In this document: positions 6,705 to 17,336 of the stretch, piece after piece
How positions within the stretch are numbered: the first letter of the stretch is position 1
Layout: each line of letters begins with the position of its first letter
Source: an uncultured Candidatus Bathyarchaeia archaeon
Lineage (GTDB): Archaea; Thermoproteota; Bathyarchaeia; Bathyarchaeales; Bathycorpusculaceae
DNA length: 64,000 nt
NCBI GenBank assembly: GCA_964413605.1
Contig: CAYPSV010000001.1
Coordinates: 47,628 to 111,627 of the forward strand
Reading direction: 5' to 3'
Notes under the pieces: generated by a model
Told to the model about the DNA's origin: nothing
Seen by the model: only the letters and a program-made list of their open reading frames with translations
Databases searched by the model: none
Position numbers and translations under genes: made by a program

Positions 6705-8723
6705 ATGGATGATCTTGAAAACCGATTGAGTGGTCTACTGGAAACCGACTCATACCTCGTGCCGTTTTCTGAACAGATAAGAAACCGACTTGAACACATA
6801 GAAGATACAGAATGGCGTATAACACAGGGAAGAATGACTCTATCAGAATTCGCGTCCGGTCACGAATATTTCGGTCTGCACTTCCGAGATAACGAATTGA
6901 TTTTCCGTGAATGGGCTCCAAATGCAACTGAGATTTACCTGATAGGGGAAATGAGTGAATGGAAAACAGAAAGAGAATTTCTACTTAAAAGAATAAACGA
7001 CTATGGTGTCTGGGAAATTCAACTGCCCGCTGATCGATTTACGCATGGTGATCTGTATCGTCTCCTCGTTCGCTGGAGAGGGGGACAAGGTGATCGCATT
7101 CCCGCATATGCTCGCCGTGTAGTGCAAGATCCAAAAACTTCGATCTTCAATGCCCAAGTGTGGTCACCGCCGAAGGTGTACCATTGGAAAAAACCCAATT
7201 TCAAAAAGTCAAATGATCCCCCTTTCATCTACGAAGCTCATGTCGGAATGGCACAAGAAGAAGGAACGATCGGATCCTTCAACGATTTTACTCTTAAAGT
7301 GCTCCCACGAATCATCGACGAAGGCTACAACACATTGCAGCTAATGGCAATCCAAGAACATCCATACTACGGCTCATTTGGCTATCAGGTTTCAAGTTTT
7401 TTTGCTCCTTCCTCTCGTTTCGGAACACCTGAAGATTTGAAACTTCTAATCGATACAGCTCATTCTGAGGGGCTTACTGTTTTAATGGATCTGGTCCATT
7501 CCCACTCCGTTTCCAACGAGGTGGAGGGATTGAGTCGCTTTGATGGGACACCGTTCCAATATTTTCATGAAGGTCATCGAGGAATACACAAAGCATGGGG
7601 GTCTCGCGTCTTCGATTATGGCAAACCGCAGGTTTTACATTTTTTGCTTTCCAACTGTCGATACTGGATAGATGAATTTCGATTCGACGGCTTTAGATTC
7701 GACGGCGTAACCAGCATGATCTATTTAGAACACGGTCTTGGCAGGGAATTCACTTCATACAATGATTACTTCAAGGGCGGCATCGATGAAGAAGCTCTAA
7801 CATATTTAGCCTTAGCCAACCAAGTGATTCATAGTGTAAAATCAGATGCTGTCACGATAGCTGAAGACGTTAGTGGTATGCCCGGTTTAGCCGTTTCCCA
7901 GTCGAAAGGGGGATTTGGGTTTGATTATCGCTTTGCAATGGGCGTACCCGATTATTGGATAAAAATAACAAAAGATTTCAAAGATGAAGACTGGTCGATG
8001 GATTATCTATGGTTTGAACTCATAAATCGTAGAAAAGATGAAAAATCCATCAGTTACGTCGAATCACATGACCAAGCGATAGTGGGAGATCAAACACTCA
8101 TTTTCCGACTGATCGGTGAAGACATGTACAATCACATGCGTATCGATGACGACAACCTAAAAGTTGCTCGGGGAGTTGCATTACACAAGATGATCCGCTT
8201 GATAACTCTAGCTACTGCCGGTCACGGGTATCTAAATTTTATGGGAAACGAATTCGGACACCCAAACTGGATAGATTTTCCACGCGAAGGAAACAACTGG
8301 TCGTTTGAACATGCTCGACGTCAATGGCACCTCACAGACGACGTTCACTTAAAATATCATCTGCTAGCCAGGTTCGATCGGGACATGATCGGATTAGCTA
8401 AAACAAATCACCTCTTTAACCAATCCATCCCACAGCTTCTTCATATAGATTCAGAGAAAAAAACTATAATCTTCAAAAGGGCTAACTTGATCTTTGCTTT
8501 CAATTTTAATTCCGATCAATCCTTTACAGATTTTCGATTTGGTGCTCCACCTGGCAAATATCGAATGATCCTAAACTGTGATGCACCAGAATACGGCGGA
8601 TACGACCGACTAGCTCCCTTCCAGACCCATTTCACTACTGTGACCGATTATGGAGGACAAAGTCAACATACTCTTAGTCTATATCTGCCTGCTCGTTCAG
8701 CTTTTGTCTTATGTAACTGCTAA
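6705..8723 (+). CDS. glgB: 1,4-alpha-glucan branching enzyme, GH13 eukaryote-like type
   Basis: YEAHVGM, LPRI...GYNTLQLMAIQEHPYYGSFGYQVSSFFAPSSRFGTPEDLK.LIDTAH, DLVHSH, FRFDGFRFDGVTSM, AEDVSG and ESHDQA. The sequence looks nearly collinear with animal/fungal GBE as I remember it. Confidence 0.9.
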   Translation: MDDLENRLSGLLETDSYLVPFSEQIRNRLEHIEDTEWRITQGRMTLSEFASGHEYFGLHFRDNELIFREWAPNATEIYLIGEMSEWKTEREFLLKRINDYGVWEIQLPADRFTHGDLYRLLVRWRGGQGDRIPAYARRVVQDPKTSIFNAQVWSPPKVYHWKKPNFKKSNDPPFIYEAHVGMAQEEGTIGSFNDFTLKVLPRIIDEGYNTLQLMAIQEHPYYGSFGYQVSSFFAPSSRFGTPEDLKLLIDTAHSEGLTVLMDLVHSHSVSNEVEGLSRFDGTPFQYFHEGHRGIHKAWGSRVFDYGKPQVLHFLLSNCRYWIDEFRFDGFRFDGVTSMIYLEHGLGREFTSYNDYFKGGIDEEALTYLALANQVIHSVKSDAVTIAEDVSGMPGLAVSQSKGGFGFDYRFAMGVPDYWIKITKDFKDEDWSMDYLWFELINRRKDEKSISYVESHDQAIVGDQTLIFRLIGEDMYNHMRIDDDNLKVARGVALHKMIRLITLATAGHGYLNFMGNEFGHPNWIDFPREGNNWSFEHARRQWHLTDDVHLKYHLLARFDRDMIGLAKTNHLFNQSIPQLLHIDSEKKTIIFKRANLIFAFNFNSDQSFTDFRFGAPPGKYRMILNCDAPEYGGYDRLAPFQTHFTTVTDYGGQSQHTLSLYLPARSAFVLCNC

Positions 8724-8885
8724 GTTCCGAAGTCTAAAACATCCATTAATAATGACAGTTTCCCAGAAATCCCTAATAGAAATTTTTTATGACTTAGACC
8801 TCACAAGAGAAGGTTTTTTCCCTTTCCGTTAAAAATATTAACATAAAGCTCATACAATAGACATAGTGGTTTACCAGGTGTTCTT

Positions 8886-10337
8886 TTGTCTGATACCTCT
8901 CCAAAGTCTCATTCATACAAATGGCACTTTATTCAAATAATATCTGTAATTATAGTGGCAAGTCTCGCCGCTCTAATATTCTACTTTTTCACATCTAAAA
9001 TTGGCTACATACCTGATTCCTCCATAAAATATTTCTACATAGCCATTGGCGCCGTAGGCGGGTATTTGGTAATTAGAATCGTCTCACGCATTATTGCCAA
9101 ATATGGGGAAATAAACCTTAGAACTGCAAATTCCAGTGCATTCAAAAATCTCTTTCAGATAGTGGCCATCCTTGCATTGGTCATTGCAGTTATGTTTGCT
9201 TTGGGAATCAATGTAACTTCAGCTTTGGTTGGAGCTGGTTTTCTAGGCATAGTTCTAGGACTTGCTGCACAAGTGGTTTTGTCCAATGTTTTTGCAGGAT
9301 TTGCACTTCTTTCTTCCAAGCAGTTTGAGGTCGGCGATCGAATAACGGTAAACGTAGGTCAATATGGCTTTTTAGCACAAAGTTACGTCCATGATGATCT
9401 TATTCCAGGCTATACAGGAGTAATTACTGATATTGGTTTGAGTCATACTAAATTGTTGGGGGATGATAATGTTCCAGTTTCTTATCCTAACAGTGCGTTA
9501 GTTCAAGCAATGATTTTTAATCATACTAAGCTTAAGAAACGATCCGTTAAAATTCGCGTAGATGTTGATAGGGATGTACCAATAAATGAGTTTAGAGAAG
9601 CCATAGTAAATGCCCTACAAGATAATCCATTGATTGACTGTATAGATCCAATGGAAATTAATCCTCTTACTGTTTCAAAGGATACCTACAATGTTTCCAT
9701 AAACGCTTGGGTAAAAGGTTCCAAAGAAGAGCCTGGAAAAGCAGTTCTCATCGATAAAGCAATTCAAGTGGCAAAGGATCTAAGGAAAAAGGCGGGAACA
9801 GATGTCTACAGTGATTTCCCTATTCGGATAGGCGATCAAGTGATGATAAGAGGAGAATTCGGCACCGTCGAGAACATCACAGCCCGTTATACTGTGATTA
9901 AAACATGGGACAACAGAAGACAAATAATCCCTAACGCTGTGCTTGAAAGTGAAGTCTTGATTAACTATACGTTGACTGATCCAGGCAAGTTGTTTCCGAT
10001 CACTTTTGCAGTTCCTTACGATACGGATGTTGAGGCAGCCCAAAAAATAGCAGTAGAACAAGCCCAAGAGCATCCAAATGTTTTGAAATCGCTTAAACCA
10101 ATCTTTCAAGTGCTCGACTTTTCTCAAGGCTCCATAACCTTAAGACTGCTCTTTCTGGCAAAAGACCAATCTACAGCTTTCGGTACTGCTTGTGATCTTA
10201 GGCTAGCGATAAAAAAGAAATTTGATAAAGCCGGCATTAAACTATCATGTCCAGCGATGTACATAACACCTGATTCAAGACTTAAAGTAAATTTCAAAGA
10301 GAAAACAGACTCCATACAAAAGGCAAATGGTAAATGA
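8886..10337 (+). CDS. MscS-family mechanosensitive channel with two MscS beta-domains
   Basis: N-terminal TM helices, then two MscS-like domains: FEVGDRITV...YPNSALVQAMIFNHT and IRIGDQVMIRGEFGTVENITARYTVIKTWDNRRQIIPNAVLESEVLINYT. TTG start. Confidence 0.8.
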   Translation: MSDTSPKSHSYKWHFIQIISVIIVASLAALIFYFFTSKIGYIPDSSIKYFYIAIGAVGGYLVIRIVSRIIAKYGEINLRTANSSAFKNLFQIVAILALVIAVMFALGINVTSALVGAGFLGIVLGLAAQVVLSNVFAGFALLSSKQFEVGDRITVNVGQYGFLAQSYVHDDLIPGYTGVITDIGLSHTKLLGDDNVPVSYPNSALVQAMIFNHTKLKKRSVKIRVDVDRDVPINEFREAIVNALQDNPLIDCIDPMEINPLTVSKDTYNVSINAWVKGSKEEPGKAVLIDKAIQVAKDLRKKAGTDVYSDFPIRIGDQVMIRGEFGTVENITARYTVIKTWDNRRQIIPNAVLESEVLINYTLTDPGKLFPITFAVPYDTDVEAAQKIAVEQAQEHPNVLKSLKPIFQVLDFSQGSITLRLLFLAKDQSTAFGTACDLRLAIKKKFDKAGIKLSCPAMYITPDSRLKVNFKEKTDSIQKANGK

Positions 10338-10480
10338 GCCTTTGTTTCACATTAGCCCCAGCGAAAATCAAACATATATAATAGATTCAACAACAATAAA
10401 ATCGGCTGAGTTTTGTACATTACAGAACAGAACTACGGCATATAATCTCTGCTTGAGCTAAACTGGTTTTCATTAAGCCA

Positions 10481-12328
10481 ATGATGAGATGGACTAATCG
10501 GATGATTGGAGCTAAGTACTCAAATAAAACCTGCGAATTCACTGTTTGGGCACCCTTTCACGATGAAGTTTCCCTGATTTTAACCGAAGAAAACGAAACT
10601 CTTCAAATGAAGAAACAAAAAACTGGTTATTGGACAACCAAAGTCGAGGGCATCAAACCCGGCACAAAATATAAGTATAAACTACCCAAGAAAACCGTTA
10701 AACCAGACCCTGCCTCAAATTGGCAACCGAACGGTGTGTTCGGCGATTCCGCAGTTGTCAATCATGAAGCCTACCGCTGGAAAGATGACGAGTGGAAAAA
10801 CATATCCTTTCCCGACTTGGTTTTTTATGAGTTGCATGTTGGAACCTTCACAGAGGCAGGCACATTCAAAGCAATAGAGGATAGAGCGAAAGAAATTGTC
10901 GAGACCGGCATCAACGCAATCGAGCTCATGCCTGTAACCCAATTTTCTGGATCACACAATTGGGGGTACGATAGCGTCTTCCCATATGCTGTTCACAACA
11001 CGTATGGAACACCAGATAATTTACGACATCTGGTAGACTATTGTCACTTCAATGGCACAGCAGTCTTTTTAGACATTATCTATAACCATATAGGTCCAGA
11101 AGGCAGTTGTCTACAAGATTTTGGACCATATTTTCTCAAAAATCGTCGCACACTTTGGGGCTCAAGCATAAACTTCGATGGTCCTCAATGTAGCGAAGTC
11201 CGTAAATACTTTTTTGAAAATGCCCTCTACTGGTTCCGCAATTATCATATAGATGGATTAAGGTTGGATGCAGTTCACTCCATTATAGATAGGAGCCCCA
11301 AGCATTTCTTGAAGGAACTCGCTGAAAACGTAAGTCGCTACTCCACGCGTAATGACCGAAAATCTTACCTTGTCGCCGAAGCCAATCTGAACAATCCAGT
11401 GATTGTACGTTCACGAAGAAAAGGAGGCTATGGCTTGGATGCGCAATGGCTCGATGATTTTCATCATATCCTCCATGTTCTGTTGACTGGCGAGAAATCA
11501 TCCTACTATGCTGATTTCGGTGGCATAAGTGACCTCGTCAAGTCATTGCGGGAAGGCTACGTTTACACTGGACAATTCAGCCAATTCCGACAGGCAAACC
11601 ATGGGCAACCAGCCACAGGGATAACGCCGGATAAATTCATAGTTTTCTCTCAAAACCACGACCACATCGGAAACCGTGCTTTCGGCGAACGACTCGTTAC
11701 TTTAGCGAGGTTGGAAGCCGCAAAACTAGCAGCAGCCATAGTTGTGCTCTCACCTTTTATTCCGTTATTTTTCATGGGCGAAGAATACGGCGAAGATGCG
11801 CCATTTCTATACTTTACTAATTTCTCCGATCAAGCGTTGGCGGAAAATGTCCGAAAAGGCAGACGAGAAGAGCACAAGACGAATGATAGTCAAGGAGAAA
11901 TACCAGACCCCCAAAATCAGGATACTTTCGAAAAGTCTAGGATTAACTGGCGCAAACGTCGAGAAGACAGGGGCAAAAAAATCTTAGAATACTATAAAAC
12001 TTTGCTCCATCTAAGGAAAAGTTTAGCGCCAAATTTGGGACAGGTCGTTTTGCCCAAGTTTTCTACACTATCACAGGGGCACATTCTCATTATGACCTTT
12101 GGAAAAGACAAGTCAGCGGTAGCAGTTGCCAACTTTAGTAATCAACAGTGCTCAGTCGATTTTAGATACGGTGGAGCATTCGTGAAGGCTATAGATTCTG
12201 CCGATGACGCATGGGCTGGTCCTGGCTCGCTTCTACCTAATAAAGTACGGGATAAATCAGAATTAATATTGCAACCAAGGAGCGTTGCAGTTTACATAAA
12301 ACCTAAATTGGTGAAAGAACTTGACTGA
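10481..12328 (+). CDS. treZ: Malto-oligosyltrehalose trehalohydrolase (GH13)
   Basis: FTVWAP, YELHVGTFT, GINAIELMP, GYD, GLRLDAVH, VAEANLN and NHD are GH13 regions with the TreZ-type N-terminus. Confidence 0.9.
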   Translation: MMRWTNRMIGAKYSNKTCEFTVWAPFHDEVSLILTEENETLQMKKQKTGYWTTKVEGIKPGTKYKYKLPKKTVKPDPASNWQPNGVFGDSAVVNHEAYRWKDDEWKNISFPDLVFYELHVGTFTEAGTFKAIEDRAKEIVETGINAIELMPVTQFSGSHNWGYDSVFPYAVHNTYGTPDNLRHLVDYCHFNGTAVFLDIIYNHIGPEGSCLQDFGPYFLKNRRTLWGSSINFDGPQCSEVRKYFFENALYWFRNYHIDGLRLDAVHSIIDRSPKHFLKELAENVSRYSTRNDRKSYLVAEANLNNPVIVRSRRKGGYGLDAQWLDDFHHILHVLLTGEKSSYYADFGGISDLVKSLREGYVYTGQFSQFRQANHGQPATGITPDKFIVFSQNHDHIGNRAFGERLVTLARLEAAKLAAAIVVLSPFIPLFFMGEEYGEDAPFLYFTNFSDQALAENVRKGRREEHKTNDSQGEIPDPQNQDTFEKSRINWRKRREDRGKKILEYYKTLLHLRKSLAPNLGQVVLPKFSTLSQGHILIMTFGKDKSAVAVANFSNQQCSVDFRYGGAFVKAIDSADDAWAGPGSLLPNKVRDKSELILQPRSVAVYIKPKLVKELD

Positions 12329-14759
12329 AAAATACATATGTATACATGGACATTTTTATCAGCCTCCCCGCGAAAACCCTTGGCTGGAAGAAGTTGGATT
12401 TCAGGAATCTGCCTATCCATACCATGACTGGAATAGCCGGATAACTGCAGAATGTTATGCTCCCAACTCATATTCCCGTATCATGGACTCTCAGGGGAGA
12501 ATAATAGGCTTAGTAAACAACTACTCCAAAATTAGTTTCAACTTTGGACCCACTCTTCTATACTGGATCGTTCACCATGATCCCAGTCTGTACCGGTCGA
12601 TTTTGGAAGCAGACAAGGAAAGCATGAAAAATTTTTCTGGACACGGCTCCGCAATTGCACAAGTCTATAACCACATGATAATGCCATTGGCGAACAAGCA
12701 TGACAAAGAGACCCAAGTCAAATGGGGCATAAGAGACTTTGAAATTCATTATGGTAGAATTCCAGAAGGAATGTGGTTACCTGAAACCGCCGTAGACAAT
12801 GAAACTCTCGAAACCCTCGCTGAAAACGGAATCAAGTTTACAATACTTGGACCTCATCAAGCCCTCAACGTGCGGAAGATTGGAGAAGAAAAATGGCAGC
12901 ACGTAAACAAGGAACAGATGAACACACGCAAAGCATACAAGTGTAATTTGCCTTCTGGTAAAAGCATCAATCTTTTCTTCTACGATGGAACAATGGCAGC
13001 AAGTGCGTCTTTTGGTAATGCGTTAGTAAACGGAGAAGTCTTCGCAAATGCTTTGCTGTCAAAGTTCAAGGGCATGAAAGAGGACGTAGCTTTAGTGGAC
13101 TTAGCTACAGATGGTGAACTGTACGGGCATCACCGCTTTCACGCCGATATGACTCTTGCATACTGTCTTCACTATATAACCTCAAATAACCTAGCGAAAA
13201 TAACCAACTACTCCGAGTTTCTCGAAAAACATCCTCCAGAGTTTGAAGTACAAATTGCTGAGAATACTTCATGGAGCTGCAGCCATGGCGTCGAACGATG
13301 GAAAGATGATTGCGGCGACAGCTCAGGCCAAAAACCAGGATGGCATCAAGCTTGGCGTAAACCATTGCGTGAATCCATGGATTGGCTCCGAGATACATTA
13401 TTGCCTAATTTTGAAAATCAAGCCCAGGAGTATCTAAAAGATCCTTGGGCAGCACGAAATGACTATGTCAACGTTATTTTAGACAGATCCCGCCAAAACA
13501 TCGAGAAATTCCTCTCCCAACACGCCAAAAGAAATCTAAGCGAAGAAGAAAAGAAGCGAGTGATGAAGATTTTAGAAATGCAAAGACAAACCATGCTGAT
13601 GTACGCCAGCTGTGGTTGGTTCTTTGATGACATTTCTGGAATCGAAACGGTGCAAGTTTTGATGTTTGCTGCGAGGGCAATGCAACTTGCCCGCGAAACC
13701 TTCGATATAGATCTAGAAAGTACATATCTCAAAATGTTAGAAATGGCTCAAAGCAACGTACCAGAATTAGCTAACGGTGCAAAAGTGTATGATGTATTTG
13801 TCAGGCCTGAAATCATGGATTCCATGAAAATCGCTGCACAGAACATGATTCTAACATTGTTTAGACCCAACTCGAATTCCCAACAAACTTCCACGTTAAA
13901 ACAACCATGCTGCTTCCAAGTCAGCGTAGAATCATCGGAAAAATATGAAAGCGGGAAATTCCGGTTAGCCTTTGGAAAAATAAAGGTTCATTCATTTATA
14001 ACTTTAGATGAGTTTGATTACGAATGCGCCGCAATATGGCTAGGGGACCATAACGTTTCATGCGGAGTAACGTCGGAAAAGGAATCTGAAGCTTTCAACA
14101 ACATAAAAGCAGAGATGAACGACATTTTCGAGAAGGGTCAAATAAATGAGATAATCCAGCTTATGCCTAAACATTTCGGGAACAACATCTATTCCCTGAA
14201 AGATATGTTCAAAGATGACCAGAGAATGATCCTAAACCAGGTAATCGAAGATGGAATCAAGAAAGCACGAGAACTGTATCAAATCGTGTATCACGAGAAT
14301 TCTGCATTGATGCATTTCATGAACGAAATCAGAGTCCCCACTCCGAAAGCATTCCATGTCGCTGTCGAAGTCATTCTAAACATGGAAATTAAAGACCTTT
14401 TTTTGGTGCCATTCTTAAACCTGGCAGAGCTGCAGAGGCTAATAGGTGAAGCCAAAAGACTTGATATAGCTGTTGACTTAGAACTCTTGACGCTGGAGGT
14501 TAACGACAGAATAAATCAACAACTTAAGTTGTTAGCCAACTCGCCCGAAAACATGGAAATCATCGAACGCGCCAGCAGAATCATCTTCGCTGTCAAGGAG
14601 ATTCCCCTCCACCTTAACTTGTGGCTATCGCAAAATATAGCTTTCAAAATCGCCAAGACCCACTACCAACTTATGAAAGAAAAGAAAGATGAAAAAAGCG
14701 AAAAATGGGCAAAGGCCTTTAGTAAACTTTGTGAGCTAATCGGGATTCGGCTGGAATAG
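12321..14759 (+). CDS. GH57-family glycoside hydrolase with long C-terminal (DUF3536-like) extension
   Basis: HGHFYQPPRENPW is the canonical GH57 N-terminus; WLPETAV and TDGELYGHH follow. TTG start overlaps the treZ stop. Confidence 0.85.
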   Translation: MTEKYICIHGHFYQPPRENPWLEEVGFQESAYPYHDWNSRITAECYAPNSYSRIMDSQGRIIGLVNNYSKISFNFGPTLLYWIVHHDPSLYRSILEADKESMKNFSGHGSAIAQVYNHMIMPLANKHDKETQVKWGIRDFEIHYGRIPEGMWLPETAVDNETLETLAENGIKFTILGPHQALNVRKIGEEKWQHVNKEQMNTRKAYKCNLPSGKSINLFFYDGTMAASASFGNALVNGEVFANALLSKFKGMKEDVALVDLATDGELYGHHRFHADMTLAYCLHYITSNNLAKITNYSEFLEKHPPEFEVQIAENTSWSCSHGVERWKDDCGDSSGQKPGWHQAWRKPLRESMDWLRDTLLPNFENQAQEYLKDPWAARNDYVNVILDRSRQNIEKFLSQHAKRNLSEEEKKRVMKILEMQRQTMLMYASCGWFFDDISGIETVQVLMFAARAMQLARETFDIDLESTYLKMLEMAQSNVPELANGAKVYDVFVRPEIMDSMKIAAQNMILTLFRPNSNSQQTSTLKQPCCFQVSVESSEKYESGKFRLAFGKIKVHSFITLDEFDYECAAIWLGDHNVSCGVTSEKESEAFNNIKAEMNDIFEKGQINEIIQLMPKHFGNNIYSLKDMFKDDQRMILNQVIEDGIKKARELYQIVYHENSALMHFMNEIRVPTPKAFHVAVEVILNMEIKDLFLVPFLNLAELQRLIGEAKRLDIAVDLELLTLEVNDRINQQLKLLANSPENMEIIERASRIIFAVKEIPLHLNLWLSQNIAFKIAKTHYQLMKEKKDEKSEKWAKAFSKLCELIGIRLE

Positions 14760-14761
14760 AA

Positions 14762-17335
14762 GTGGAAACACCGATTGCGACCTACAGAGTTCAACTTCAT
14801 AAGGACTTTGGCTTTCACAAACTTACAGCTGTTTTGCCATATCTTGCAGAACTGGGCGTATCTCACATCTATTCTTCGCCTATTTTCAAAGCCAAAAAAG
14901 GCAGTAGTCACGGCTACGACATAGTGGATCCAAATAGCATTAGTGATGAATTAGGTGGAGAAAGAGGGTTCGAAGAGGCAAACAAATCGGCTGAGAAATG
15001 TGGACTTAGATGGATACAAGACATCGTTCCAAACCACGCCGCATATTCTTTGGAAAATCAAATGATTCTAGATTTGATGCGCAATGGCTCAGCGTCGAAT
15101 TTTTACAATTTCTACGATGTGGACTGGGCGTATCCTTCTTACTGGTTGAAGGGTAAAATTATGGTGCCGTTCCTTGAAGAGCCTTACATAGATTGTTTAG
15201 AACAAAGAAAGATTCAGCTTGTTGGTCATGGTGGCGAATTCGCGGTTAAGTACCAAGAACTCGAGTTTCCACTACTAGAAGGTAGCTGCCCTGCACTCTC
15301 TAACGCTAACACAGAAGCCCAAATTGAAAAGACATTAAGAGCTTATAACAACAACACTCAGCGTTTGGATGCTCTGCTTTCATGCCAAGTTTACTCCCTG
15401 CATCATTGGAAAACAGCGTTAAAGCAGATAAACTATCGACGGTTTTTTGACATCATAGATCTCATCGGAGTACGTAACGAAGACTCAACAGTCTTTGAAG
15501 CCACTCACCAACTCATCTTTAGGCTGCTACAGGAAGGCAAGATCGCGGGGGTTAGAGTAGACCACATAGATGGCTTAAATCAGCCTGAAGTGTACTTGGA
15601 GAAACTCCGCAATATTCAAGCTGATGCTTATGTAGTGGTCGAGAAAATCCTCGGGGAAGACGAGCAACTTCCAAACACTTGGCCTGTTCAAGGAACAACT
15701 GGTTACGATTTCCTTAACCAGCTAAACAGCATATTCGTGGAAAAAATAGCTGAAGAAAATTTCATCAAACTCTACCAGCGATTCACTAAGAGAAGGGAAT
15801 CGTTCGGTGAAATCCTATATGATAGTCGGAAAAAAATAATTCAGATGTCCTTTGCCAGCGACATCAACAACTTAGCTAGATTACTTGAGCTATTCTTGCA
15901 CAAAAAACCCTATTCCGCCGGATGTACCAATATCAGATTCAGAGAAGCCCTTACAGAAGTTTTTGCTTGCTTTCCAGTATACCGCACCTACATCGCTGAA
16001 GGCAACTGTGGTACGACTGTTTCACATTATTTCCAAGAAGCTTTGCGAGAAGCAAAACAAAGAAACAGCAAAATACACAAAGAAATTAACGCCATGGAAC
16101 AGATGCTTACCGAAACGCTATTTTCATCTGAGGCACTCAAAGTAGTAATGCGGATACAGCAATTCACAGGCGCCGTAATGGCCAAAGGCTTCGAAGATAC
16201 TGCACTCTATCTCTACTGCCAACTTCTATCGCTCAACGAAGTAGGCGGAAATCCAGCAACCTTCGGCAAATCAAAAAAGAACTTCCACACATTTAACAAA
16301 ACAAGACAACGTAACTGGCCCCTATCGCTCAATACCACTACCACCCATGACACAAAACGGGCCGAAGATGCAAGAGCACGCCTTAACACCTTAAGCGAAA
16401 TCCCAGATGAATTCGCAGTTGAACTTGAAAAATGGAAAAAAATCAACAAATACAAAAAGACTTTGATAAATCATAGGCTTTCTCCTGACAGAAACGAAGA
16501 ATATTTCATCTATCAAACACTCTTGGGAGCCTTTCCCTTTGATATAGAATTAGAGCCAGATTTTTCTAACAGAATTAAAAGCTATCTAATTAAGGCTTTG
16601 CGGGAAGCAAAATGCCACAGTTCTTGGTTGTCGCCCAAAAACCGCTACGAGGATGCTGTCACCGATTTTGTGACTGCTCTTTTGAACTTAAAACAAGGAG
16701 CTGATTTCCTACAATTATTTTTACCGTTCCAGAAAAAAATCGCATACTTTGGGGCTCTTAATTCTCTTGCGCAGGTTCTCCTCAAGTTAACAAGCCCAGG
16801 CATACCTGATTTTTACCAAGGTACAGAATTATGGGATTTAAGCCTAGTCGACCCTGACAATCGTAGACCTGTAAACTATGCAAAAAGGCAACAAATTCTA
16901 AAACAAGCCATCCAAACACGGGCTTCGAATGCAGCCGAACTCCTGGAACATTTTTCTGATGGCGAAGTAAAGTTATATGTTACCCATAAGTTGCTTAGAG
17001 CTCGAAAAAATAACATGTCTCTATTTAATGAAGGTATTTACGTTCCTCTCGAAGTCAAAGGCGTTCATGCCCACCATGTGATTGCGTTTTATAGAAAAAA
17101 AGGCAATCAATATTCTCTCTCAGTAGCATCCCGTTTCCTAACCAACCTGCTAAAACCCTTTTCATCACCTCAAAATATCATGTGGAAAAATACATATCTT
17201 CATCTTCCTCCGTATGCACCCAAAAAATGGGTAGACTCACTAACAGAAAAGGTAATCCACACTGACGGAAATTTAGCCGTTTCCGAGATTCTTTCCGATT
17301 TTCCTATTGCTCTGTTAACAACGAAGGAGCCATAG
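14762..17335 (+). CDS. treY: Malto-oligosyltrehalose synthase (GH13)
   Basis: IATYRVQLHKDFGF, YLAELGVSHIYSSPIFKA..GS.HGYD, VRVDHIDGL, GTTGYDF and TTTHDTKR. Confidence 0.9.
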   Translation: METPIATYRVQLHKDFGFHKLTAVLPYLAELGVSHIYSSPIFKAKKGSSHGYDIVDPNSISDELGGERGFEEANKSAEKCGLRWIQDIVPNHAAYSLENQMILDLMRNGSASNFYNFYDVDWAYPSYWLKGKIMVPFLEEPYIDCLEQRKIQLVGHGGEFAVKYQELEFPLLEGSCPALSNANTEAQIEKTLRAYNNNTQRLDALLSCQVYSLHHWKTALKQINYRRFFDIIDLIGVRNEDSTVFEATHQLIFRLLQEGKIAGVRVDHIDGLNQPEVYLEKLRNIQADAYVVVEKILGEDEQLPNTWPVQGTTGYDFLNQLNSIFVEKIAEENFIKLYQRFTKRRESFGEILYDSRKKIIQMSFASDINNLARLLELFLHKKPYSAGCTNIRFREALTEVFACFPVYRTYIAEGNCGTTVSHYFQEALREAKQRNSKIHKEINAMEQMLTETLFSSEALKVVMRIQQFTGAVMAKGFEDTALYLYCQLLSLNEVGGNPATFGKSKKNFHTFNKTRQRNWPLSLNTTTTHDTKRAEDARARLNTLSEIPDEFAVELEKWKKINKYKKTLINHRLSPDRNEEYFIYQTLLGAFPFDIELEPDFSNRIKSYLIKALREAKCHSSWLSPKNRYEDAVTDFVTALLNLKQGADFLQLFLPFQKKIAYFGALNSLAQVLLKLTSPGIPDFYQGTELWDLSLVDPDNRRPVNYAKRQQILKQAIQTRASNAAELLEHFSDGEVKLYVTHKLLRARKNNMSLFNEGIYVPLEVKGVHAHHVIAFYRKKGNQYSLSVASRFLTNLLKPFSSPQNIMWKNTYLHLPPYAPKKWVDSLTEKVIHTDGNLAVSEILSDFPIALLTTKEP

Positions 17336-17336
17336 A

